Shown here one piece after another: positions 15,377-30,049 of a DNA stretch of 64,000 nt (its first letter is position 1; each line of letters begins with the position of its first letter). Origin of the DNA: the human T2T-CHM13v2.0 reference genome, Homo sapiens; assembly GCF_009914755.1 (NCBI RefSeq), contig NC_060947.1; one strand, 5' to 3'. The notes under the pieces are model-generated. The model searched no databases. It was not told where the DNA came from and saw nothing but the letters and a program-made list of their open reading frames with translations. A program made the position numbers and the translations under genes.

Positions 15377-17059
15377 TTAAGAAGGTCAGTATAAATACAT
15401 TTAGAATCACATAATGTTAGAACTGGACAAAAATTTATTAGAAACCATCTACTTGACATTTTCCAATAAAGATGGGGCCCAGAGAGGTCAAATGACTTGG
15501 TCAAAGTCACAGAGCAAGTTAGTAGTAGTGTTAGCCTCTCAGAGCCCACACCTCTTAATTGAATGCCCAGAATTCTTTACACCACACCACACTGCTTCTC
15601 TAGCTTAACTTCTTCCCTAAGAATCTGCTATCTGTCTACTTACTGTTGCTACATGGAGGTGCAACAGGCACCTGAAATTTAGCATGGCCAACCAACCTTT
15701 GCCTCTGAATCTCTTAACCAGCCTCTTTTTGTTTGCCCCAACTCTGTTTCCACCCAACCAAAACCTGAAACGTCCCAAAACATTAAAAACAAATAAAGGC
15801 AAATTTTTTACTCTCTTACCTGAGATCACTGCAGTGCCTTAGTTACCAAAAGTAATTTCCACAGATTTTAGAAAGGAGAGAGGTTCAGTGAGCCCCACTC
15901 TCAGGATAAAAGCTGAAAGCAAAATTCTAAAACAAAACTACTAGTTACCACTTCAAAAGAGTCAAAAGCTATACACTGGGAACTATATAGTAACTAGCAC
16001 ACTATTCCACTTTGTAGGTAGAATTAGAAGCAAGGGATACATTAATTTTTTAAAAATCTCATCATCCTTCCACTTTATCTTTGACCAGAAGAAGCAAATT
16101 AATACATTTCATAAGCCAAATATAAAATCATTCTGACCCTAGGGAGGAGGAAATAAATTGGTACATGCAAAGATTTTGGGGACAACCATGGTAATCTTTT
16201 AAACCAAAAAGTGACCTAATCATTTCAAAGAAGCTAAATTAATTATTACCAAGTATATTGGCCTTGTCTGAGCAAAGACTATTCATAGAAACAGGAGACT
16301 GCTTGCAAGGGGAAAGAAAGATGCTGACTCTGAAGAAAATGAGGCTGCACACTACTGGCTATTGCGGGCCCAGGAAAACTCAGCAGGTTATGTCAAAATA
16401 TGAATGAAATGTTCCCTCAAAACTATCCTTTTCTATGCTCTAATTTCATGCATACTAAGTCACTTTCTGATTATAATTGGTTTTTCATATTCTTTGATAC
16501 CAAGAAAAGGATACCCTGGATGACAGACATCAAGAAAAACTAGGAAATGGAAATATGTATCTCCTCTTACCATAAATCAATACCAGAATGACAATACAAT
16601 AACTTAAAGTACAATGTTTCCCAGACTTCTTTGATAAAAATCAACTGGGGTGTCAGTTAAAAATATAGATTCCCAGGCTCTCCCCTGGAGAACATGATTC
16701 AATGTTTCTAGGGCAGGGACAAGAAATTTCTATGATCACAAATATGGCAAATGATTATCACAGGCTTTGTGAGAAACATATTAAAGTAATATCTTTCCAG
16801 TTAGTTATCAGCCACTTTCAAGTTTGTTTGCGGTTAGTGAGTCCCTGATTTGAGGCTGATCATCTTGAAGATTTTGGACTTCTTGCAAAGCTAAGGACTA
16901 AACCCAGGAGAGTACATATTCACAACAACCTCTTTTAGGAAATTCGTACCATCTTTTACAGGTGCTGGAACTTAGGCTCAGATTAACTTTGCCAATACCA
17001 TATATTTTGAGGGTACCCAAGTTGTGCAAGATAAGCAGGAGTCCTGGTTTCCTCTGGAT

Positions 17060-17236
17060 TAGTGGTTCTCAATGCTGGTTACACATTAGAATCATATGGA
17101 AAAATTCAAAAATATTGATGTTACAACTCCATGTCAGACCAATTAAATCAGAATCTCTAGGAGTGGAATTAGGCACCCTTACTTTTTGAAAGCTTTACAC
17201 ACGATTTAACTGTGCAGCCACTGTTGAGCACTTGCC
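17060..17236. mobile_element. MER5-like hAT-Charlie element (similar copies at ~18137-18315, ~22765-22925, ~49770-49925)
   Basis: agtggttctcaa..cacattagaatca..aattaaatcagaatctct..ttgagcact motifs. Confidence 0.65.
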
Positions 17237-17241
17237 CTAGA

Positions 17242-17460
17242 TCAAGCTTGTCCAACTTGCAGCCCACAGGCCACATGTGGCCCAAGGTGTCTTTGAATGT
17301 GACTCAACACAAATTCACAAATGTTCTTAAAACATTATGAGATTTTTATGTGATTTTTTTTAACTCATCAGTTATTGTTAGTGTTAGTGTATTTTATGTG
17401 TGGCCCAAGGTAATTCTTCTTCCAACGTGGCCCATGGAAGCCGAAAGATTGGACACCTCT
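17242..17460. mobile_element. MER30-like hAT element
   Basis: caagcttgtccaac..tgtggccc..agattggacacc, with 8-bp flanking duplication (g/a)ccctaga. Confidence 0.75.
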
Positions 17461-18374
17461 ACCCTAGATTATTGAGCTAATAATCTTCATTATGACTATA
17501 AACTCAGATTATATTTCAGAGTTTTTACATATTTATTTAGTGCTTATAAAGTATACTGTATACAGTGTTCTCCTCCATTCCTGCTTTGTTTCTCCACAAA
17601 CTACATCAGAAATAATATTCTAATAGAGGTAACATAGAGGTTTAGAAGAGCTGCCAGTCATGTATTAAAGATCCAGAGGCATTTCTAGAACTGTAGTCTG
17701 ATTACCATTACCTTAGCCCTTGGCTTTTTCACATACTGATGTTCTTTATCTTTTTCTAGGATTCAGACATCTCAGAAAATGATATACAAAAGTTGTGTAA
17801 ACCATTTCTGTGAAGATATGAAACCTATTTATGGCCCCAAGGTCAGAATTCCTGATTGAATCCTCCTGGGGCCTGCCTCCATTCTGTTTCTTATACTCTC
17901 CACTCTTTTATTTCAGAGACTATTCCGAGGTTCTGTTCTGCTCTCAGCCCTTCTAGGATTCCTTGTTTCTGAGTTCACCCAGAAACTCAGGCTCCTTTAT
18001 CGCTTGTACCCTTCAGAATCTTCACTACCCTGAAACTTGTGGGGCCTACTCTTCCCCTAATCATAACCCTATCTCATAAGTCTCTGAACTAAGGTCTTTG
18101 TTTTCAAAGCATAAATTGGGAAAGTGTGTGTCTAACACTGTTTTCAATCTTGGCTCCATATAAAAATCACTTAGGGAGTCAAAAAAGAGAAAACAAAACA
18201 CAAATGTGTAAGTCCCAGAGATGGTAATTTAATTGATTGGAGGGTTGGCCTGAGCAATGGGAGTTCTAAAAGCTCCTCACATGATTCTAATTAGTCAAGG
18301 CTGAGAACCACTGGTCTAACATCTTAAACGGGGAAAAGCCAATTGAGAGCTGCACATAATCAAAACTGCAGCTG

Positions 18375-18523
18375 TCAGGAAGAATTGCTAATGAACGCTG
18401 GGCTTAATACCTAGGTGATGGGATGATCTGTGCAGCAAAACCACCATGGCACACATTTACTTATATAACGAACCTTCACATCTGCACATGCACCCATGAA
18501 CTTAAAATAAAAGTTGGAAAAAA
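18375..18523 (+). mobile_element. Short L1PA 3'-end fragment
   Basis: L1 3' UTR (gggcttaatacctaggtgatggg..aacttaaaataaaagt); TSD aaaactgca on both sides. Confidence 0.8.
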
Positions 18524-19139
18524 ACTGCATGTGAATATCGGATTTATGTTATAAAGAAAAACAGAAAATGTCCAATTTACCTATTTTAAAATTATGACAG
18601 GACAAAACATTTTTACAAACCTAACATTTGTTACAAACCTATTCTGTGATGGGTACTATATATACTACTTCAGTTAATTATTATTCAATCCTGTAGAGTC
18701 ACATTATTTTCATTTTATACCAGAGGAATCTGCGGTGCAACTTGGCAAGTGACTGTATCTCCAAATCTATGTTTATCCCTCTATACAACACTGACTCTCA
18801 ATAAACAATTTGCAAATATGAATTGAGAAAAAATTATGCCCTCATTACCATATAAAGCACTAAGAAGGATACTGCAGAATAAAATATAATCCTTTGTCTC
18901 AGAGAAGCTAATTCCCTTGAGGGGCTATAATTGTATCAATTGTCAATGAACAGTAAAGCCTATGAGAAATCAGAGAAAGGGAGAACACAAAGAACTAGAA
19001 CAGTAAGAGAAGTTGTGATGGATCTTTGAGGACAGAAAAGATTTGAATTTGTAAGAAAGCAGGTAAGGGCATTCCAGGGGATGAAAATAATATCAAGTAT
19101 GGCAGAGACAGAAATCAGCACAATGTGTTGAATCCAAAT

Positions 19140-22100
19140 AATTGGTTTAACAAATACTGAATACCTATGTGGCACCAAGCATCAGGTTAGATGCCAGGGA
19201 TACAAGATGAATGAAACAGCCAAGTTGTTCACAAATCCAGTGTGAGAAAGATACATGAACAAAAAATTTCAGTCTCACTTGGTAAAAGTAAGAGAGGTAT
19301 GTTTAAGAGGTATGCGAGCACAAAGAAGCAGGGGCACTCAGCATAATACGGGGGTCTGAAAAAGGCTACTGGAAGAGATAATGTCTTAGCTAAACTTGGA
19401 GGGATGATGAATAGTTAACCTGAAAAGAGTTGAGAAGAGTGTTTTAGGTACAAAAATTCATGAAAAAAGCATAGACGTGCTTACAGGAACTTCTTAAAAT
19501 TTGGAATTGTTGTAGAGTAAAACATAAGAGAAAGAGATGGGAAGAGGCAAAATGGGTCAGATCAAAGAAAGACTTATATGTTATGCTAAGGAGCCTAAAT
19601 TTTTTATTCTGTGCTTTGGGAAACCTTGAAGTGGTTTATGTATTAAGTGACGTGGTTGGTCAATTGTGTGTTTTAGATGAGTCTCTTCTGTGGCTGCAAT
19701 ACAAAGGATTAATTAAAGAAGAGTAAGCCTAGAAGTAAGGAGATCAAGCAAGACATAATGAGGACATGGACTAGATGGGTCTCAGTAGGGGTAGAAAGAA
19801 GCAGGGAGATTGGTGTAACATTTAACTTTAAAACTGGCAAAAGTTAGCGACAGAATGACTGTGACGGATTGGGGAGAGGAAAGAATCTAGAGAAGTCTAA
19901 AATAATTCCCAGAAACCTAATTTGGTAAGTGGTTGGGTGGTGATCCCATTAACTGAAATTGGAACTTCAGATGTATGTGTTGTTTTAATGGGTGGGAGAG
20001 TAGGCAATGGTGAATAGTGTAAGTTTGAACACAGGGTCTAAGATAGCTACAAAACTTTCATGTAAAGGTGTCCAACAGGCAGTTATATACAGGAGTATGA
20101 AAGGCAGAAGATAGGTCAGAGAGATTTTGGAGATGTCAGAACACGGGGGTGGATAGTCAAAATAATCAGAGTGGATGAAATCTCCTGAAGATAATGTATG
20201 GGTGGGCACAGGAATAGCAACATACTGATAAAACCCTGGAGAATGCCATTCTTTAAAGAAAGATGGTAGAGAAAGATGAGCCTATGAAAAGTCCACCAAA
20301 GCAAAGGACAGCAAATTATAAGAATGAACAGGAGAGAGTGATGTCAAAGGAGCTAAATAAAGATGTTCATTGGACTTACAAATTTAGAAGTCACTTTGCC
20401 ACTGTGAGTAGTAGTTACAGTGAGGTGGTAGACTGGTGGTGTGAAGGCTGAGGGAATAAGCACCAAAGAACGGCAGTGAGTTGAGTAAATAATAAGTGGA
20501 GACAGTAAGAGTGTACTACATTTTAAAAATAACTTGGTTAAGAAGGGAAGGGGAGAATGTAGGAGTTAAAGGAGAACTCAGGGTTACAGGAGGATTTAGT
20601 TAAACCAAGATACTTGGTAGTAATCCACATCTGATGGCCAAATTTTTCTTGATGAAATCACAAAGGAGCTTGTCTGAGAAGTGTGAAGAGAAGGAGTGTA
20701 GCGGGGGAAGAGAGTCTTGAAGAATGATATAGGTTTAAAATTGTCGCTAAGGGGAAAGTGAAGGAAAAGGAAACAGATTAAGTAGGACTAAAGGTCCAAA
20801 GAGGTTAGGTACCAAGACTCTGAAAACATACCCAATCTCTATAGTTTATAATTTTCCACAGCATCACTCAGTAGGCTTTATGCAGAAGTAGAAAATGTAT
20901 AGGGTGGAACTGATCCAGGGTTGAAATCCTGCTACTAGGGAGTGAGAGAATAACAATGAGGTACAAGTAAGCTTTCCAGAAGGTTGTTACAGCATTAAGG
21001 TGTGAGGTGATGGTAGTAGAAATGTAATGAATGGCTACAGAAAGGAGAAATAGTTCTAAGATTTGATAAGATTTGCTAATGGATAGGATATAGATAATTA
21101 AGTAGTCAAAGACAGCCTCAAAGATTCAAGTGTAGGTGACTAATAAACATTGGAACTACTAGCAAAGACAGAAAACTTGGGAAATTCAAGTTGACTGTAG
21201 AGATTATTAATTCCGTTTTAGGTATGTTGAGTTATAGGTGAAGGTGAGGCATCTGAGTGCAATAATGGGGCCAAAAATTAGTAAGATAAACAAAACAAAT
21301 ATAATAAATAAAAAATACATACATACTTTAGTTCCATATCGTTATGGTAGCCATTCCTGTGCTAATAAGATCTGAGCTGGATGAGGGACATGAAGAAAGC
21401 AGTGAGAATGATGAAGAAAAAGAGAAAGATTAGATATGGGAGAAACATATATAAACAATAGCAGATGGAGAGGAAGGCAGACAGAAGAAAATGGGTGATG
21501 AGTGAAACAGTTAAGGTGGCATATGTTAAATTATTACCACTTACTCACTTGTAATGAGGGCATCTGCTGTTACTGTTCTTTGAAATTGTCATTAGCTAGT
21601 TAAAATTCTCCAGGTATTTTTTAATGTTCAAATGTTTACTGCTCTCAAAATGAAAGAGCCAAGGTAGGGTTGAAAAATCTATTGAGCTCTAGCTTCAGAG
21701 GCTAATGTAAAGTGATTCCAATGACTGGATTAAATTATGCTGATGATCATGCCCTCTCCTCCACCATCAGATGATAATTTCACCAAAATCCTTCTTTCAT
21801 CATTCTAATAACATTAAAACTTCAGGGTGCCAAAATGGCCCCCCAATTTAGAAGTGACAGGAGTGCACACACTTCTCATAGTTAACTCAGTTCAAATTTA
21901 CCTAATGCTAGAAAATTAGAAGCCCCTTATTTCAGATACACTCAACCTAGCAACAGGAAAAATACCTTAACAAGTGAAAGTTGTCATTTCTCTGAACATA
22001 TACTCCTACTTTCAGAAGCCCTAGCACTTGTATTTCTACACTTGCCTAAATCAACATTCTTCATAATCCTAGATAAAAACACGTATCTCTATGTAACTTT

Positions 22101-23450
22101 CTGGGATATGCTGAATCACACTAAGTAGAAACCTGAAAGAGTAGAAAACAGGATAAGCACTCAACAAATAAAGATAATTAATAGTTATCTGATGCATGTA
22201 TTAAGCTAATCTCTATTGAAGTGGTCCTATTTCTGTGCGAGTTTCTATCTATAGCACTGGAAATATAGATGAATTAGATGAAGTCCCTTGCCTCAAAGAC
22301 CTTACATTCTAATTGGAGACAGACACATGCAGAGATACTTAGAAATGCAGGTTAAGGAAGCACATAAGATTAACCCTGAAGTAATTGAATGAGGGGGAGT
22401 TAGCCAGGGGAAGTGTTATAGGGATATTCCAGACAAAGTGGCAGCATGAACGAGGGCACAGACACAAAAAACAGGGTAATAGTTTCTGGCAACCATATGT
22501 AGTTTGCAGGTACTGACCCACATAGATCATGCCAGGAAGTAGCAGGGGATAAGCCTGGAGAAGGCAGGCAGAAACAAGATGGTGGAGAGCTATGAAGCTT
22601 AGATTTTATATTTAGAAGATGAAGGAATAATGAAGGGTTTTAAAGAAGGGGAATGACATGGAAATACTTACACTTTAAGTCAAACACTCTAGTGGTTAAA
22701 TTGGGGGTGGGTTTGGGGAAACAAAACTGGAGGCAGAAAGAGTAGTTAGGAGGTTGTGGCAATCACTTCTCAAAACTTATTCAGTACAAATCACCTACAG
22801 ATCTTGTTAAAATGCAGATTCTGATTCCGTAGGTCTGCAGTGGGGCCTGAGAGTCCTTGTTCTAACAAGTTCCCAGGTGATGCCAATGGTGTTGATCCAC
22901 AACCCACACACTGAGTAGCAAACCTCTAGGAAAGATCTTGAGGACCTGAACTAATGTGGGAAGCGCAGGGCTGGAGATAAGGGGAGAGTAGTATTCAGGA
23001 GGTAGAAGAGTCACAGCTTGGTGCTTCATTAAATATATGAAGTTAAGAAGGTGGTGTTTGGGGGTTCATAGTTACCTGTGGGTTTCTACTTTGAATGACT
23101 AGGTGGATTTGAAATGGCTATGAGGCATCCAGGTGAAGCAGTAGCTGCCATTTGGATATGTGAATCTAATACTTGACAGAAAGGTCATAAGCATACAGAT
23201 GAGAAATGAAATCAGGGAAATAGAAATCGTGTTTGTAGAGTAAGGTCAAGGATGAAACCATGGGAATACCTACATTTAGGTAATGAATAAAAAAAGAGCC
23301 CATAGAGAAAACAAAAAAGAAACAGAAATAGAGAAGAACCAGAGCATAAAGAGTTACATATGACAAAGAATAGAGCTTCAAGGAGGAGAGAAGAATGAAC
23401 ATTTTCACATGAAGGAGAAAGGCTGGGTAAAGAAAGAACTGAAAAATAAT
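19140..23450 (-). mobile_element. Cluster of degraded L2 fragments
   Basis: Repeated antisense L2 3'-end motifs (aacaaatactgaatacctatgt.. at ~19149) and long purine-rich L2-like tracts; boundaries approximate. Confidence 0.55.
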
Positions 23451-24214
23451 AGTGAGTGGAGGAAAAGAAGTGGGTGGAAGAGAGAATATGAAAGGGGAAT
23501 AAAATACACTAGTAGTGAGAAGGTGCCTGTGGGGGGAAAAATGAAAAAAAAATATGGTTAGAAGAGCAAGTGGATCACTCCAGTCAGGATCAGTCTCTTT
23601 ACTGTGCCTGAATTCTTGCCACTCTTAGCTCCAAGCCCTTTGGTTCATCCTTTCTTCTTCCCACTTCTATCCACTGAAAATCATCTAAATATATGAAGAT
23701 TTTTCTGGACCATTATGCTTCACTTATCTAGTTACCAAAAATATGTACACAAAAATGCGCCTGTCGGCTCTTGCAATGAAGTATTATTATTAACCTAACT
23801 AGTTTACACGCTCGCTCCTTTAGGGAACTGTATTCCCAAGAGTGACTAGCCTAGCACCAAAGAGACACTTAAAACATACTTAGTAAAAATGATATAACCA
23901 CATGATATTAATTTAAAATGCTTCCTTATGTATATACCTAAGGATCCTTATTTACCTAAAATAACATGAAACCATGAGAATTCCTATGTTTGATTCTAAA
24001 ATTAAGAGGGGTCATCTAAACCATTCAGGTTCTCATTTCCTAGGAAATGAACAGATCAAGTTAGATGGACTTGTAAGTCCTTATAAAATTCTATGATTCC
24101 ATGAATACTATCAACCTCTCACTCAAGAAGAGTAAAATGGTATGTAAATAAGCTAGTATGTTTTATAAAACACAAACTTCCTATGAAAAAGTTTTGGGAT
24201 AATTTTATGTTTAC

Positions 24215-24504
24215 CATTTGCATTTGATTTTGCTGGAAGAGATTTCTCTCTTATTTTGTCTAAAAATGTCTCCCTGGCTTCATTTCTTTTGTGTTTTTTT
24301 TTTTCCCAACATAATGTTGTTGAGTCATTACTGGACTATTAAAGGAAGCAGGATAGAGCTTGCAAAATTTGTTCGGATTATTCAAACCCAAATCACTGCT
24401 GGGAGAGGAAGGCATAGTCTTGTCTTTAATCCCACCTGTAGGAGGCTTGACAGGAAGGGGCTTCAGGAATGTTGACTCTGCAGAAGTAGTAAGAGGCACT
24501 CCTG
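24215..24504 (-). pseudogene. Decayed matrin-type zinc-finger exon (pseudo-exon / possible poison exon) in ZMAT1 intron 4
   Basis: Acceptor tatttcag|CAG and donor AATG|gtaaac. Translates [27 protein letters not shown], then an A11 run shifts the frame before HKRNEARE; the second Cys codon is TAT. Confidence 0.8.
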
Positions 24505-25779
24505 CTGAAATAGTTGTAATAAGAAGTGATAAACACATTTTCAGATATTAGAACTGCATTTATTGTAAACTACTAGGGAAATTTATAATTCTCTAAAAAC
24601 CCACTCCCTGGACTTTTTTTTTCAACAGACAGCTGCTGGATAAAGCTTCTAAAGTAAAAAAGAATTTCCTTCTGTGAGAATGGAAGTGTGAATATGAATT
24701 TGTCACCAAGTTTGATATGAGAAGGAAGTAGTATTCTGTATTAGGCATTGCCTGATTATATTCATATAAAAATCAATGAAAGTATGATAGCCATCTTATG
24801 ATTCTTTAAAATTAGTGAGGATAAAACATATGATATTAACTTCTAAGTCTTTCTTGAGTAACAAAGTAAGGCGTCTATTCATTCTACATTTGTGATGTCT
24901 GCATCAGAATAAAATCTATGCAGTTGTTTAAGACTATAAAACTATACATGTTCCTACAATTCCAGTATTTCATAGCTCTTTTATTTATCCTCCTCTCTGA
25001 GCCCAAGTTGATAAATTTTGGGACTGAAGATAAAGCTTTTATAAGATGTTTTTTCTTTTAGGGCACACTGATTCTGTCTATCTTTTGAATGACAGGCAGA
25101 AAAAATGTATAAAAATTAGAGACTAAATTTAAAAAAATAATTCTGGCTTCATTTATTAAGAAAATAAAAGTTTTAATAACATATCTTGTGGCATTGACTT
25201 TGCTGGGTGACTATGAGTTCAAAATTGATGAGTTCAAATTATACTATGAGTTCAAAATTGATGTTGGTGAATTTTCCATGGCAGGCATGCCTTAGTCCTA
25301 AAGTGTTGAAGCTACAAAGAATGTGGTAAATTATTTACTACAGAGGATTAATCATCTTTTCTTGTTCTAGCACATCCATTTACAAAAATACAAGTTGGGT
25401 TTTCCAGGGTATACTCTGCCATCTTGGGCAACTTTGAGTCAGTTTTCTCATATGTGCTGGTGACCCAACATCACCAGGAGAAGGAAAGATGCAATGTTTT
25501 TATAATTCCCTGTATTTTCAGGATTTAACATAAAATAAGTACTCAGTAACTAACTGATGATGCTGGTAGTACTTCTTATTTATAGGAAGAAAGAAATAGG
25601 CTGTCATAATAGAAAGAGAGTCAGTAACTTTTTTTTTGCCTACAGTTAGTAGGAAACACATAACTACATTATGGTGAAGACATTGATTTGAACACTCATA
25701 TGAGATAATGTTTTGGAAAATACTAACGCAAAAAAGACGCCAAGGGGAAGAAGTAAAAAGTGAAGATTTTATTATTTGA

Positions 25780-26120
25780 TTAAAAAATGATGAGTTCATG
25801 TCCTTTGTAGGACATGGATGAAATTGGAAATCATCATTGTCAGTAAACTATCGCAAGAACAAAAAACCAAACACCGCATATTCTCACTCATAGGTGGGAA
25901 TTGAACAATGAGATCACATGGACACAGGAAGGGGAATATCACACTCTGGGGACTGTTGTGGGGTGGGGGGAGGGGGGAGGGATAGTATTGGGAGATATAC
26001 CTAATGCTAGATGACGAGTTAGTGGGTGCAGCGCACCAGCATGGCACATGTATACATATGTAACTAACCTGCACAATGTGCACATGTACCCTAGAACTTA
26101 AAGTATAATAATAAAAAAAA
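25780..26120 (+). mobile_element. Young L1 (L1PA2-like) 3' fragment
   Basis: Near-consensus L1 3' UTR with GAG (not ACA/ACG) at the Ta-diagnostic site: gatgacgagttagtgggtgcagcgcacc. Confidence 0.88.
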
Positions 26121-26467
26121 GACATTATAAAAAAAAGAGTAAAGGTGGAACAAAGTGTCTATCTAAAAAAAAAAAAAAAAAAGAAACTGACAAAGCTCCA
26201 GCTGCTTACTGTTGTTTCTTTATAGCAGTATAGCAAATCACTTGCTTTTGTTTGAATTTGGTGAACTGAAAAGGAGAGGTCACAACATTTCTTAAAAATC
26301 AACTAGCAATTAAAATCTCCATATTAAATGACAAAGACAGACACAGAGATTAACTGGGAAGAAGAATAATAATCAAGTTATTTCAACTGGGGTGAAAGTC
26401 TCCCCCACTAAAAAGGATATGGCAGAGTTAGACAAAACATGATAGGTAGATCCTGCATTGAAGATCA

Positions 26468-26867
<400 letters not shown>

Positions 26868-27388
26868 TTATTCAATAAAAGAGTCATTCAAAATTTACAC
26901 CTTTCTGAATTTGAGGATGGCATTCATGTGTGTTAATATATTTAGTCAAACTTGGTACAGACTCACATGATTTCAAATCTCTAAATGTCAGTTAAAATGA
27001 AAATAATGCTAAATTTAGAAGCCAATAACTTTTAGATTCTTGTTTTTGAAATGGATTCCTAATTGCTGCCCAATATCAAATATCTTCTTTTTACTTAGTT
27101 ACAGATCTTGAGCAATGTACCCAGTTAAAAGACTATGTTTTTCAGCCTTCCTTTCAGCAAGATGTATCCATGTAACTAGATTCTGGTCAATAAGATATAA
27201 TTTGAAGTGTTATGTAGAACCTCTGGGAAGCCTCCTTAAATGACTGGGCCATAAGCCCTTATTCTACCCTTCTTCCTTACTGATTTTGGAATTAAGATAC
27301 AAAGGATGGAGTTTCAACAGTCATCTTTGGACCATGGTGACATTGAGGAGGAAAACCAGTTCATCAGAGCAGAAAGACAGAAAATGCC

Positions 27389-27704
<316 letters not shown>

Positions 27705-27904
27705 TCATATCAGCCCTCTACTACCTCCCTTGCAAATTCTTTTATGTGAGAAAAGAAATCCTTCTGGGCTTAAGAGACATTAGAAATAATCACTAACAAA
27801 TATATAACCAAATATGTAAGAATAACTAAGATGTTGGTGTAGGGGGAAGGGAAACTAACATTTCCTGAGCACATAATGTGAGATAATCACTCTCTCTACA
27901 GAAT

Positions 27905-30045
27905 TTTATTTATTTTTAAAATTTAATTTAATTATACTTTTCCATAAGTTATTAGGGTACAGGTGGCATTTGGTTACATGAGTAAGTTCTTTAGTGGTGA
28001 TTTGTGAGATTTTAGTGCACCCAGCACCCGAGCAGTATACACTGTGCCATATTTGTAGTCTTTTATTCCTCGCCTCCCTTCCACTCTTCCCCCCAAGTCC
28101 CCAAAGTCCATTGCATCATTCTTATGCCTTGCATCCTCGTAGCTTAGCTCCCACATATCAGAGAGAACATACGATGTTTGATTTTCCATTCCTGAGTTAG
28201 TTCACTTAGAATAATGGTCTCCAATCTCATCCAGATAACTGAAAATGCTGCTAATTCATTCCTTTTTATGGCTGAGTGGTATTCCAGTGTATATATACCA
28301 CAGTTTCTTTATCCACTCAGTGATTGATGGGCATTTGCGTTGGTTCCACGATTTTGCAATTGTGAATTGTGCTGCTATAAATATGCGTGTGCAAGCATCT
28401 TTTTTGAATAATAACTTCTTTTTCTCTGGGTAGATAGCCAGTAGTGGGATTGCTGGATGAAATGATAGTTCTACTCTTAGTTATTTAAGGAATCTCCACA
28501 ATGTTTTCCATAGTGGCCGTACTAGTTTATATTACCACCAGCAGTGTAGAAGTGTTCCCTGTTCACCACATCCACGCCAACACTACTGTTATTTGATTTT
28601 TTTGATTATGGCCATTCTTGCAGGAGTAAGGTGGTATCGCATTGTGGTTTTGATTTGCATTTCCTTGATCATTAGTGACGTGGAGCATTTTTTCTTGTGT
28701 TTGTTGGCCATTTGCATATCTTCTTTTGAGAATCATCTATTCATGTCCTTAGCCCACTTTTTGATGGGATTGCTTGTTTCTTACTGATTTGTTTGAGTTT
28801 GTTGTAGATTCTGGATATCAGTCCTTTGTCAGATGTATAGATTGTGAAGATCTTCTCCCACTCTGTAGGTTGTCTGTTTGCTCTGCTGACTGTTCCTTTT
28901 GGTGTGCATTTGCTTTTGGGTTCTTGGTCATGAAATCCTTGCCTAAGCCAGTATCTAGAAGGGTTTTTCCATTGTTATCATCCAGAATTTTTATAATTTC
29001 AAGTCTTAGGTTTAAGTGTTTAATCCATGTTGAGTTGATTTTTGTATAAGGTGAGAGATGAAGATCCGGTTTCATTCTCCTACATGTGGCTAGCCAATTA
29101 TCCCAGCACCATTTGTTGAATAGGGTGTCCTTTCCCCAACTGATATTTTTGTTTGCTTTGTTGAAGATCAGTTGGCTTTAAGTATTAGGGTTTATTTCTG
29201 AGTTCTCTATTATGTTCCATTGGTCTATGTGCCTATTTTTAAACCAGTACCATTCTATTTTGGTGACTATGGCCTTATAGTATAGTTTGAAATCAGGTAG
29301 TGTGATGCCTCTAGATTTGTTCTTTTTGCTTAGTCTTGCTTTGGCTATGTGGGCTCTTTTTTGGTTCCATATGAAGTTTAGAATTGTTTTTTATAATTCC
29401 GTGAAGAATGATGGTGGTATTTTGATGGGGATTGCACTGAATTTGTAGATTGCTTTTGGCACAGAATTTGTAGATTGCATTTTCACAGTATTGATTCTAC
29501 CCATCCATGAGCATGGAATATGTTTCCATTTGTTTGTGTCATCTATGATTTCTTTCAGCAGTGTTTTGTAGTTTTCCTTACAGAGATCTTTCGACTCCTT
29601 GGTTAGGTATATTCCTAATTTTTTTTTCTTTGCAGCTATTGTAAAAGGGGTTGGGTTCTTGATTTGATTCTCTGCTTGGTCGCTGTTGGTGTATAGAAGA
29701 GCTACTGATTTGTGTACATTAATCTTGTATCCAGAAACTTTGCTGAATTCTTTTATCAGTTCTAGGGGCTTTCTGGAGGAGTCTTTAGGGTTTTCAAGGT
29801 AAACGATCATATCATCGGCAAACAGTGACAGTTTGACTTCCTCTTTACAGATTTGGATGCCCTTTATTTCTTTCTTTGTCTGATTGCTCTGGTTAGGAAT
29901 TCCAGTACTATGTTGAAGAGGAGTGGTGAGAGTGGGCATCCTTGTCTTGTTCCATTCCTCAGAGGGAATGCCTTTCAACTTTTCCCTATTCAGTATTATA
30001 TTAGCTGTGGGTTTGTCATAGATGGTCTACATAATTTTAAAATGT
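27905..30045 (-). mobile_element. L1PB-like element (ORF2 RT/C-terminus and 3' UTR)
   Basis: ORF 29391..29978 has [19 protein letters not shown] (RT FADD motif); L1PB-type 3' end at ~27940. Confidence 0.88.
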
Positions 30046-30049
30046 GAAA

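Noticed and set aside
15810-16580. Isolated GT donor-like sites in intron 4 as further exons
   Set aside because: No convincing paired acceptor or coding signal; cannot be supported without transcript data.
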